A stretch of DNA of 64,000 bases, taken from contig CAWHGS010000048.1 in NCBI GenBank assembly GCA_963828805.1, positions 15,152 through 79,151 on the forward strand. The letters are read 5' to 3'. Of this stretch, positions 20,352 through 29,925 are shown piece after piece (within the stretch, counting starts at the first letter, position 1; each line of letters starts with the position of its first letter). Under the pieces are notes generated by a model. The model saw only the letters and a program-made list of their open reading frames with translations. It did not search any database and was not told where the DNA came from. This DNA comes from an uncultured delta proteobacterium. Lineage in GTDB: Bacteria > Desulfobacterota > BSN033 > UBA1163. A program made the translations under genes and the position numbers.

Positions 20352-20649
20352 TCTTTCCATGATCGAGATCCTCCTCTATTTCTTTCTGGTCGCTGTCTCG
20401 GATCGTCATGGACTGAGTTTTTATCATGATGATCGGATAGCCTCGCTTCTGAAGATGGATCTGCCCGCTCTGGGTAAAGCGAGGGATGCTCTGGTGAAGC
20501 GTTCTCTCCTGGCCTATGAACCGCCTCTCTATCAGGTTCTTTCGCTGCCACCGAAGCCCATTGCTCCTCCATCCAGAGAAGAGAGGGAAAGACAAGAACA
20601 GGAGCTGGCTCATCACTATTTCAAAAAGATCAGGGAGATGCTCCAATGA
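20251..20649 (+). CDS. Element A ORF2: putative winged-helix DNA-binding protein
   Basis: SFSWIDHRF...LLYFFLVAVSDRHGLSFY...AR-ALV...YQV; RBS GGAGG; homologous to 27670-28206. Confidence 0.75.
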   Translation: MAIKRLLCPDRVRKIEGSFSWIDHRFVTEGFLHDLSMIEILLYFFLVAVSDRHGLSFYHDDRIASLLKMDLPALGKARDALVKRSLLAYEPPLYQVLSLPPKPIAPPSREERERQEQELAHHYFKKIREMLQ

Positions 20650-20721
20650 AGATCGCTACCTGAACCTCCCTCGGTTACGGGGAGAAGAAAGAGAAAATAG
20701 ATGAAAACGAAAGGAGGATCC

Positions 20722-22137
20722 ATGGACCCTGCAATGTTGAATCAAGTGAGACATCTCTACGAGGTGGAGCGGTTAAGCCAGCGGCAGATCGCTCAGAAAC
20801 TGGGGATCTCCCGAAAGCGCGTTTCAAGGCTTCTCCATCCGGAGTCTTTGAAAAAACCTTTTCGGGAGACGATCTTCCAATCCTTTGAGCGGCTGGTCCG
20901 GGAGTGGTACCGGGAACACCCCTCTCTGAAAGCGACCCAGGTCTATGAGCGGTTAAAGACCTACGGATTCCCCGGAGGGTATGGAACCGTCAAGCGCCAC
21001 ACCCGGGATCTTCGGAAGAAACAGCGGCGTTGGTTTCATGAACTTGATTTCTTACCGGGCGAGGAGGCTCAGGTAGACTGGATGCAGTGGTCCTTTCCCT
21101 TTGGTGTGCTCTATGGATTTGTCTTGATCCTGGCCTATTCCCGGTATCTTTTTGCCCGATTCTACCCTCGACACTCCCTGGAGTTCTTCTTGGAGGGCCA
21201 CATCGAAGCCTTCAAAGAAATCGAAGGCATGACCCATCGGCTCCGGTATGACAATCTTCGAAGCGTGATCCTCCAACGAAATCCTGAAACCATTTACAAT
21301 CGCCCAATTTTTGGATTTCGCACGACACTACGGCTTCTCCATTCATCCCTGCACACCGGGAAGGGCCAACGAGAAAGGACGCGTAGAAAGGGTGATCAGG
21401 GACATCAAGGACTTCCTCCGGGTCACGCCCTGTGAAGATCTTCGTGAGGCCAACCGCAAACTTTCTCTTTGGCGTCATGAGCGAAACCAGCGGATTCATC
21501 GGAGCACCGACAAATCTCCGATCGAAGCCCTCAGAGAAGAAAGACTCAAAACCCTACCTCAGATTCATTACCAGCCTTACCGGGTCGTCCAGGCTTTGAT
21601 CAGTAAGACCGGTTTTGTCGCGTTGGATACCAACCGTTACTCGGTCCCTTCCTCCTTCTCGGGCTCGGGTTGCGAAATCCTCGCCTATCCCGATCACATC
21701 GAGATCTGTGTCAAAGACAGAAAGATCGCTACCCATCCCCGATCCTTCGAGAGAAAACAGAAGATCGAACATCCCACCCATCGGGAGAAACTCCTTCAGA
21801 TCACGCCTCACTTCAAAGCGAAGCGAATCTATGAGCTCATCAAGGCGCATGGATAAAAGTGTCGCCCTCTTTCTCCAAGAAGCGGAATCCGACGGGCAGA
21901 ATCCCATGGAGGTCGCCTATGACCTCTTCAAGCTCCTGACCCAAAGCTCCAAGGCCATGTTCCTCTCGGCCATCCGGGAGGCCAATGGTTTGAAGATCTG
22001 CAAGATCCGCTACCTTCAGAGCCTTCTTGCAACCCTCTCGATCTCGGGAGGATCATCCTGTCCATCCTCAGAACCCTCACCTCTTAACCATCACCTATCC
22101 CGGGAGGTCTCTCAAAGACTATGACGACCTTGAATGA
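20722..22137 (+). CDS. istA: IS21-family transposase IstA (several frameshifts)
   Basis: N-terminal HTH, PGEEAQVDW, LAYSRY, YDNLRS, ANEKGRVER, DTNRYSVP. Confidence 0.88.
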
Positions 22138-22579
22138 ACTCTGGCGCTTCTTCAAGTTGCTCTCTGAGATCGAAAGTTTCTCCGATCAGGAAAAAACCTT
22201 CTTACTCCGTTTCCTTACCGAGGAGTCTCAACTCCGGGAACAAAAACGAATCCAACACCTGCTCCGTATGTCGGGCATCAAACGAATCAAACGACTGAGC
22301 GACTTCGACTGGACGTTCAATCCCAGGATCCCCCGAGACAAACTCATGGAGTTTGTCCAAACCCAGTGGCTCAAGACCCCCTGCAATCTCGTCCTCATCG
22401 GCCCGGCCGGCGTCGGCAAATCTCACCTCGCCACGGCTCTTTGTTACGAAGCCATCCTCAAAGGCCATCAAACCGTCTTCCTCTCTCTCTTTGATCTCAC
22501 GGCCAAACTCTCCAAAGCCAAGAGCCCTTACACCCTGATCGAGCACTATGAGAAAATCCCCATCCTCTGCCTCGATTAA
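22121..22579 (+). pseudogene. istB: IS21-family ATPase IstB, truncated at Walker B by RIT
   Basis: LSDFDWTFNP, Walker A GPAGVGKSHLA, ends ILCLD then TAA supplied by the RIT end. Confidence 0.9.
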
Positions 22580-22607
22580 TGTGAAGCTGTCAGTAATGTG
22601 GAGTTGA
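22577..22607 (+). repeat. RIT left terminal inverted repeat
   Basis: TAATGTGAAGCTGTCAGTAATGTGGAGTTGA. Confidence 0.95.
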
Positions 22608-22720
22608 GCCCGCAAGAGCCTGCACTCGGGGTCTGCCGGCGTTTTCAACTTCACATTTTTGGGGTAGCATCGGAACTACTGCCGTCCGGCAGTTGAATCC
22701 ATTTTTTATGGAGGTGTCCG

Positions 22721-23960
22721 ATGCTACGTTCTCTATTGCCCAAAGCTCATCCCAAGTTTTTGGCCATGCCTGTATTGGGGCCGATCGTCGATGGCTTTGA
22801 CGATTGGCTCAGCGCCAGTGGCTACACCCGAGGCTCACGCGAATTTTCCATCCGTATACTACCGCGTGTGGATGCGGAACTGCGGCGTCATCAGATTGAT
22901 GATGTCGCCAAGCTGACCCACCCAGTTCTTCACGATTGCTGGAAACTTTTGATGAAAACCTGCCCTGAACGCGCAGGAACCGTGCGGTCCTTGGAACGAT
23001 ATTTACTTGCACAAGGGCTGATCGCTGATGACCGGCAAGCGACAACTCCACCCTCCGTTTCGATTTTGAGTGAAGAGTACGCGAATCACCTGCGCGAAGT
23101 GTGCGGATTCGCTGCGTCCACCATTTCCAGCCACCGGTGTACAGCCAGAGTGTTTTCTCCGGCACCTGGAAGAAGAGGGAGCCACACTGCGATGCATTCA
23201 GACCAGCAATATCGAATCGTACATCGCCAAGACCGGCAAACGCCTGAGCCGGGCAAGTCTCCAACACGATATCGGTGCGCTGAGAGGATTTCTTCGATTC
23301 CTCACCACCAATGGCAGAGTTCCCACCGGACTGGATCGCCAGATCGATACTCCGCGACTTTACCGGCTTGAGCAACTCCCTCGGGCCTTACCCTGGGAAA
23401 CGGTTCGCACACTTCTGCAATCCATTGACACGGCATCGGCGATGGGATTGCGAGATTACGCCATGTTTCTGCTGATTGCCACTTACGGATTGCGCAGCAG
23501 CGAGGTCGTTGCCCTTACCCTCGATGATATTCGCTGGCGTGCAGGCAGTTTACAAATCCATCAGCGCAAGACTTCCTCGCCCTTGGAACTGCCCCTTACC
23601 AACGAAGTTCTGGCCGCACTGGTGAAGCATCTGAAGCGGACTCCACCGCCAGCGCCGTATCGAAGGGTCTTCCTCAGAATGCGCGCTCCCATCGGGGAGC
23701 TAAAACCCACGGCCATTACGGAAGCTTTTCAATCTCTGGTTCGAAAAAGCGGTCTCCGTATTCCTTTTCAAGGCCCACATTGTCTGCGCCACTCCTTTGC
23801 GGTCCATCTGCTCAAAAACGGAACCCCTCTCAAAACAATCGGTGATATCCTCGGGCATCGTACGGCCGAGAGCACGTCGATGTATCTACGCTTGGCGATT
23901 GAGGATTTGCGCGAAGTCGCTCTTCAGGTTCCGGGTAATGGAAAGGGGGGCCAGCTATGA
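22721..23960 (+). CDS. RIT tyrosine recombinase A (frameshift near 23150)
   Basis: LPRALPW, RDYAM, YGLRSSE, HCLRHSFA, ILGH, STSMY. Confidence 0.9.
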
Positions 23961-24966
23961 CAAAAGAAAATGTGGCATTCTCGTCTCGTCTTGCGCCCGT
24001 CTTCGAGCGGTACGTGAATTTGAAGCGGGCTTTGGGCCGCCGTTTCGATCATGAGACTCGGCACTCTGCAATCCCTGGACCGATTCCTGCATGACCATGC
24101 TACCACATACCCAGATCTGAATGCTGCCGCGTTTCAAGCATGGTGCCACACCCAGGAGAAACTTGCTTCGGGGGTTCGGCGGGTTCGCATGCTGCAGGTT
24201 TACAACTTGTGCCTGTATCGCCGTCGAACCGAGCCGCACTGTTTCCTTCCAGACCCCAGCGCCTTTCCCCCATACCATCAACGCCTCCAGCCGTACATCT
24301 TCTCCGAGGACGAAGTGGCGCGACTCTTGCGTGCGGCCTCGGGGTTGAATCGAGTCCCGTCCTCGCCCCTTCGCCCAGAGGTGATTCGACTGGCCATCGT
24401 GCTCTTATTCACTACTGGCATCCGACGCGGGGAGTTGCTGCGTCTCATCCTGAGCGACTATAACCGGCAGAATTCGACGTTGCTCATTCGAGAGTCGAAG
24501 TTTTACAAATCCCGGCTGCTTCCCATCAATAGCGATATCGTCTATGAGATCGAGCAGTATCTGGATGCCCGAGCCCGGCGCCAGCTGCCGACTTCTTCCG
24601 ATACGCCTTTGATATGGAATGCCGCCCAGGGTGGACGAGCATACAGTGGAACGTGTCTGCGGCTCTGCCTACAAGCCGCTGCTCCAGCAATGCGGCATTG
24701 TCACTCCGAAAGGAAGGCTGCCGCGGATTCACGACTTTCGCCACGGCTTTGCCGTAAATGCCCTGCTACGCTGGTACCGAATGGGCGCCGATGTCGAGGC
24801 CAAACTGCCGTTGCTGGCAACTTATCTGGGGCACGGCTCGGCAGTATCGACGCACTACTACTTGCGGTTCATCGAGCCGCTCCGTACGGCCGCCAGCGAG
24901 CGGTTTGCCAATCATTACGGTTCGCTGGTCTCTGCGCTACCGCCCGTGGAAAGGAGGCCCAGATGA
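23957..24966 (+). CDS. RIT tyrosine recombinase B (two frameshifts)
   Basis: PYIFS, TGIRRGE, ESKFYKSRLLP, HDFRHGFA, LATYLGH, THYY. Confidence 0.9.
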
Positions 24967-25975
24967 AACGTCCCTTCCCAATCTACTTGGTGCGATAATC
25001 AGGGATTACTTCACGGATCACCTTCCCCGTCTTCAAGGAACCAGTCCGCACACGATCCACAGTTACCGCGATAGCATGGTTCTGCTCCTTCGTTTTCTTT
25101 CCAAGCAACGGAACAAACCGGTGACGGGACTCGATCTGACTGATTTGGATCCGTCAGGAATTCTCGCGTTTCTCTCCTATCTTGAACAGGAGCGGAAGAA
25201 CAGAGTATCAACGCGAAACGTCCGGCTCTCGGCCATCCACGCGTTCTTTGGCTTCGTGGCATCACGGAATCCCGAGCATCTCGATTTAGCACAGCGTGTC
25301 CTCGGGATCCCTTTCAAGCGCACCCAGCAACGGGCAATCGACTACTTGGAATACGATGAAATCGAGTCAATTCTCAACGCGATCAACCGAAGCACGCCGC
25401 AAGGAACCCGTGACTATGCCCTTCTCGCGACGATGTTCAACACGGGCGCCCGTGTGCAGGAGATCGCTGATCTGCGTGCCTGCGACTTGCAGTTGACCAA
25501 GCCGTTTCAAGTGAGATTGTTTGGTAAAGGCAGGAAGGAACGATACTGCCCTCTATGGCCCCAAACCGCCATGGTATTGCGATCTTTCTGCAATCAGCGG
25601 AACCTGGACTTGCGCTCAGAAGCTCGCGTCTTTCTGAACCATCGTAACGAGTCGTTAACCCGCTTCGGGATTCGTCATATCCTAGCCAGGTGCCTCGCTT
25701 CCGCTTGCCAAGACGCCCCGAATCTCCGCAAGAAAAGGCTGCATCCACACAGCATTCGGCATAGCACGGCCGTAGCCCTCCTAAAATCGGGAGTTGATTT
25801 ATCAACGATAAGCCACCTGCTCGGACATGCGAGCCCAACCACGACGAATCGCTACGCGAAAGTCGATCTGGAAATGAAGCGTCGGGCCATCGCACGGGTC
25901 AAACCGGTTCCACGGCGGTCACGTACGCCTTGGGCCAAAGACCACACGGTGTTGGACTGGCTGGAATCTTTGTAG
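24963..25975 (+). CDS. RIT tyrosine recombinase C (frameshift just after start)
   Basis: SPHTIHSYRD, TRNVRLSAIH, TGARVQE, GKGRKER, HSIRHS, LLGH, TNRYA. Confidence 0.92.
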
Positions 25976-26034
25976 GCGCATTTTAATGTGGAGTTGACAG
26001 CCCAAGAAAGCTCGGTTTCATGGAGTTCCGCACG

Positions 26035-26065
26035 TCAACTCCACATTACTGACAGCTTCACATTA
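26035..26065 (-). repeat. RIT right terminal inverted repeat
   Basis: TCAACTCCACATTACTGACAGCTTCACATTA, exact reverse complement of the left repeat. Confidence 0.95.
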
Positions 26066-26521
26066 GTCGATACAGAGGACCCTGACCTTTGCATAATAAT
26101 CGATTTTGGAAGCCGGGTTGTAAGCCCTATGGATCCTTGAGACGAGGTCGAAGGCGGTGATACAAGCCGTGGGATAACCCCGGAGAATCGCCTCATAACA
26201 AAAGGCTGAAGCGATATGGGATTTACCAAGCCCAGTGTCTCCGATGAGGACAAGGTTGAAGGCATTTTCGACCCAGGGCGAGTTGACGAAGGTCAGGATG
26301 TCGTCCTTGCTGATCTTGGGATTGAAGTGCCAGTCGAACTGCTCCAGAGTCTTGACATGTTTTATGCCCGACAGACTCAGGAGTCTTTTGATTTTATGCT
26401 GCCTTCTGTATTCGATCTCCATCTTGAGGAAGTGAGGATTGCTTTCACGGCGGTCGGAGGCGATCTCATCGGGCGGGGTCTTGCAGCCCAATTCCTTAAG
26501 CAGGGATTCAAGATCATTCAT
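26063..26521 (-). pseudogene. istB: IS21-family ATPase IstB, truncated at Walker B by RIT
   Basis: LEQFDWHFNP, Walker A GDTGLGKSHIA, ends VLCID then TAA supplied by the RIT end. Confidence 0.9.
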
Positions 26522-27929
26522 CGTACTCCTCCAATCCTCTGGGTTTATAAGAGATATTCAGAAGCTCGTCCTTCTGAGGCTGGACGGTCTCGGCCTCGGT
26601 AAACTCCATGTGCAGATACGACAGAAACGTCCTGAGTCTGGGGGACTTCTTGTTGAGACACTCCGAGGCGACACTGATGAGCATTCCCCGGCTGTGGCTT
26701 TTCATAAGCTTGAAGATCTCATAAGCAGTCTTTTGAGGGTCCTCTCCGACATGTCTCGATTTTTGACCAGGAAGTCCGACATCGCAGGATGCAGGTTTTT
26801 GATCACCTCATGGATCCGGTCGATCTTGGCCTTGACGGAGAGCTTACCGTAACTCCTGTGAAGGGGATTGATGATCTGACCGTGTCTGTCAAAGGACCTC
26901 GGATGAGAGGCCACCCGCTTGGCGCCGTCGTAGATCGTGACCGTATCCGGGGTTGAATGTATGGAGAGGGATTTTCCCACGAGGTAGTCGGGCACGGAAT
27001 AGTTATTTGTATCAAAGATCATCAGGGCGGTCTTGGTGGTCTTGACCGGCGGATGGATCAAAACATTGTTCCAGGGTTTCTCGGGAAGGGGCCGGAGTTT
27101 CTCCTCCTGAAGCACCTCTACCGGCTTCTTCCGTGGTTCTGTGGACGGTATGGTTTTTATGGTCCACCCATTCATGAAGCGCCTGATTGAGGGCCTTTAG
27201 AGAAGAATGCATCTGTATGGTATTGAAGAATGTTTCTCTCAGCGTTCGGATCGCCCGTTCCACACGGCCCTTCTCGTTGCCCGCCCCAGGATTGCACAGC
27301 CGGATCTCCAGGGTGTAATGGCGTGAGAACTCCAAAAAGCGTGGATTATACTGGATCTCCGGCCTGCGCTTTAATACCACGGTTGAGAGGTTGTCATACC
27401 GGATGCCGTAGGGAATCCCCCCAAGGGCACAAAAAGCCATCAGATGCCCCTCGATAAAGAACTCAAATGAACTGCGGGCGAAAACATGGGCAAACAGATA
27501 CCGCGAGTAGCTCAGGATATAGATGAAGCCGTAAAGTTTTCCAAGGTGGGGATGGTTGATAAAACACCAGTCTGCTTGTGCCTCCTCCCCCGGGAGAAAG
27601 GTGAGCGGATGATAGGCCTTCGGCACCTTTTTACGGAACCCCCTCGTATACTTGACCACCGCAGGGTAGCTAATCTTTGCTCCCCTCGTCCTTAACCACC
27701 CGTGGACTTGCTGGGCCTTTAAGGTCGGATGCTCTTTGAACCACTCCGCGATCAGAGAGCGGTAGGGGTCCAGGATAAAGTCCCTCCTTTGTCGCCTCTC
27801 CGGACAGCATTCTCGATATATGCGCGAGGCGCGCTTTCGCGAGATCCCGGTCCGGTCTTGGATCTGGTAAAAGCTCAGATTTAGGACGTCCCGAAGATAA
27901 CGGATCGTCTGTCTTATCGTCTCTTCCAT
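26514..27929 (-). CDS. istA: IS21-family transposase IstA (frameshifts)
   Basis: PGEEAQADW, LSYSRY, YDNLST, GNEKGRVER, DTNNYSVP. Confidence 0.88.
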
Positions 27930-28206
27930 GTTCTCTCCTTTGCGGTATGTTCTTGACCTCCCAGTAAGGGCTTTTGTAGCTTACAAGAATTTCGGATATC
28001 AGTTCCTCTCTGGCATGATGGAGCACTGGGCCGCTTAAACGAAGGATCTCCATGATCGATCGATCCGAATAAAAACTTCGCCCTTGCCGATCTCCGACCA
28101 CCACCAGAAACAGATACAGGATCATCGATTCGTGGCTCAATCGATGAAGATACCTGCCATGAAGGATCTGGTGGTCGATGATGGAGTAGCTCCGGGCCCA
28201 TCGCAT
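27670..28206 (-). CDS. Element B ORF2: putative winged-helix protein, overlapping istA
   Basis: SYSIIDHQ...ILYLFLVVVGDRQGRSFY...AREELI...YWEV. Confidence 0.72.
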   Translation of the reverse strand: MRWARSYSIIDHQILHGRYLHRLSHESMILYLFLVVVGDRQGRSFYSDRSIMEILRLSGPVLHHAREELISEILVSYKSPYWEVKNIPQRREHGRDDKTDDPLSSGRPKSELLPDPRPDRDLAKARLAHISRMLSGEATKEGLYPGPLPLSDRGVVQRASDLKGPASPRVVKDEGSKD

Positions 28207-28240
28207 GGGTCAATCGTAGAATAGCCGAATCAATGGATCA

Positions 28241-28411
28241 ATCGAATCTTGTATCTCACAGCGCCTTTTGTCCTCCGGCAACGTAGGAGCCGCATTCACA
28301 CTGCCTTACCAGCCTTATCTCGTCTTGTATCTCGTTTTTGAGCATTCTCTCCGGTATCACGAGAACCATGGTCCTGACTGGCTCCGAAGGGGGTATCTCG
28401 TCTTGTATCTC
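28241..28411 (-). repeat. Triad of direct repeats GAGATACAAGA in element B (starts 28411, 28333, 28257)
   Basis: GAGATACAAGACGAGATA twice and GAGATACAAGATTCGAT; spacing 78 and 76. Confidence 0.85.
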
Positions 28412-28657
28412 ACGGACCTTTTTCCTCCAGAGCCGCTGATAATCGGGATGCTTCTTACGCCACTCCTTGATTTCGCTGTACCGGCCCTTGAAACAGTCCG
28501 GATTCGCCTCCAACCATTTCTTCTGGCTCTCCCTCTTGCGCTTGGCCCTGCACGTCGTATCACTGCAACTCTTTTGGGTTTTCCTCGCCCTCGGATCAGG
28601 CCTGTAATACCGTCCGCAGTAGACGCACCTCTTCTGTCCGTTCTCTGTCGCTTCCAT
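28256..28657 (-). CDS. Element B ORF1: Cys4 zinc-finger, basic protein
   Basis: CVYC-x16-C-x4-C, W...NPD, HPDYQRLWR. Confidence 0.75.
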   Translation of the reverse strand: MEATENGQKRCVYCGRYYRPDPRARKTQKSCSDTTCRAKRKRESQKKWLEANPDCFKGRYSEIKEWRKKHPDYQRLWRKKVREIQDEIPPSEPVRTMVLVIPERMLKNEIQDEIRLVRQCECGSYVAGGQKAL

Positions 28658-28854
28658 ACGCTTATCTTGACAGATAAGGTGACAGCCGAACTTAGGGGCG
28701 GTTGTATCAGGGAATCAAAAGAATTAAATACATTGAATGTGGGGGGGGGAATTAAATGAAGAATAAAGGTGGGGCCTGTGCTTATCGGAATCAGGTCAGT
28801 TTTGGATATCGCCTACAGAATACGGGTCTTTCGTTACATCAGGGACTCGGGCTA

Positions 28855-28870
28855 TGTTTCACGTGAAACA
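28855..28870. promoter_or_regulatory. parS centromere site
   Basis: Perfect consensus TGTTTCACGTGAAACA. Confidence 0.93.
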
Positions 28871-29006
28871 TAAGAAGATATCGCGTCCGTGTTTCGTGTT
28901 CGGGGATTTGACCAAGGGTGCCCTGTAACCCCCCTCGCCCCCCCCCCTTTGTACGAAAGGGGGGAAGGTTAATTAAGGAAATTTAGATCTAACAAAATTT
29001 GTTTGT

Positions 29007-29522
29007 CTATACTCCTTCGAAGGGGGCAGGATAGACAATCATCCCCGATATACCGTCTAATGCGCCGGGAACCAGTTCAGTTACCATGAACGCTTCATCA
29101 GGGACGGGAAAGGGTGCTTCCAGTCCTTTTGCTCTCGCTGGGGTGAAGCCAAACCGCGGATAGAATTCCGGGTGACCCACCACGACAACAATCTTGTGGC
29201 CAAGACTTCGGCACCGCTCCAATCCTTCCCTCACGAGCCTGGAGCCAATTCCTTGATTCTGGAATTCCGGATGAACAGCCATGGGCGCAAGGGCCAGGGC
29301 AGGAAGGGATCCTTTTTTTGATTCAATGGTGATGGGACTAAACAAAATATGGCCGACTACCCTTCCCTCTTCAACGGCCACAAGGGATAATTGAGCATTA
29401 AATGAACAGGATTTCCTAAGGTTTTCCACAAGCCTTGCCTCGTTTTCTCCACCGAAGGCAAGAACATTGATCTCATGGATGGCGGAATGGAGTTGTTCTT
29501 TTTCGGGAAGAATCAATACCAC
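29007..29522 (-). CDS. GNAT N-acetyltransferase (YhbS-like)
   Basis: LSLVA...VGHILFSP, LAPMAVHPEFQNQGIGSRL, VVGHPEFYPRFGF. Confidence 0.92.
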   Translation of the reverse strand: MVLILPEKEQLHSAIHEINVLAFGGENEARLVENLRKSCSFNAQLSLVAVEEGRVVGHILFSPITIESKKGSLPALALAPMAVHPEFQNQGIGSRLVREGLERCRSLGHKIVVVVGHPEFYPRFGFTPARAKGLEAPFPVPDEAFMVTELVPGALDGISGMIVYPAPFEGV

Positions 29523-29552
29523 GATTGAAGGTTCCGATAGGGATTGAAAAGA

Positions 29553-29580
29553 CTGGATGCCGGATCAAGTCCGGCATGAC
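29553..29580. repeat. Palindromic repeat half-element
   Basis: CTGGATGCCGGATCAAGTCCGGCATGAC; related in form to 55204-55300. Confidence 0.65.
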
Positions 29581-29616
29581 GGAACAACTGAATTTATGGT
29601 CGGACGCTAATCATTC

Positions 29617-29632
29617 TGTTTCACGTGAAACA
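29617..29632. promoter_or_regulatory. parS centromere site
   Basis: Perfect consensus TGTTTCACGTGAAACA. Confidence 0.93.
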
Positions 29633-29758
29633 TATCAAATTCGAAATGCGGAATTAATGCCCCATGCCCGGAGGGCGCCCCTGCTTGCGCCAAGGCTCCG
29701 GTAGGAAGGCTCGAACCATGAAAATGGGTTTCCATTGCTCGCTTGCGTGAATGCTATC

Positions 29759-29788
29759 GGTGGGTTCGCTACGCTTAACCCACCCTAC
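29759..29788 (-). repeat. GTAG-footed REP sequence
   Basis: GTAG-GGTGGGTT-AAGCGTAGCG-AACCCACC. Confidence 0.75.
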
Positions 29789-29925
29789 TCTTGGTTTAGA
29801 TTTTATTTTTGTTTTGTGTATTTACGCTATGCGCCATGCTATTTTCTAATTAAGAAGGCAGAAGGGAATGGGAAATCATCACACTTTTTTCCAGCTTTAA
29901 CCTCAGCCTTAAACTTATCTTTTTT

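Larger units (their letters stand above)
19690..22576 (+). mobile_element. Four-gene IS21-like element A, truncated in istB by RIT; outer end approximate
   Basis: Zn-finger ORF, wHTH-like ORF, istA, 5' istB; same order as element B. Confidence 0.8.
22577..26065 (+). mobile_element. RIT (recombinase-in-trio) element, 3489 bp
   Basis: Three overlapping tyrosine recombinase genes bounded by perfect 31-bp inverted repeats. Confidence 0.93.
26066..28690 (-). mobile_element. Four-gene IS21-like element B, truncated in istB by RIT; outer end approximate
   Basis: Zn-finger ORF, wHTH-like ORF, istA, 5' istB; divergent relative of element A. Confidence 0.8.

Noticed and set aside
22570-26070. Target-site duplication around the RIT
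   Set aside because: The flanks (CTCGAT and GTCGAT) come from two different inverted istB genes. The similarity reflects the palindromic TCGA in the Walker-B codons.
20722-27929. Programmed frameshifting in istA or the RIT recombinases
   Set aside because: The istA shifts are at different positions in the two copies, and similar indels affect essential genes throughout the contig.
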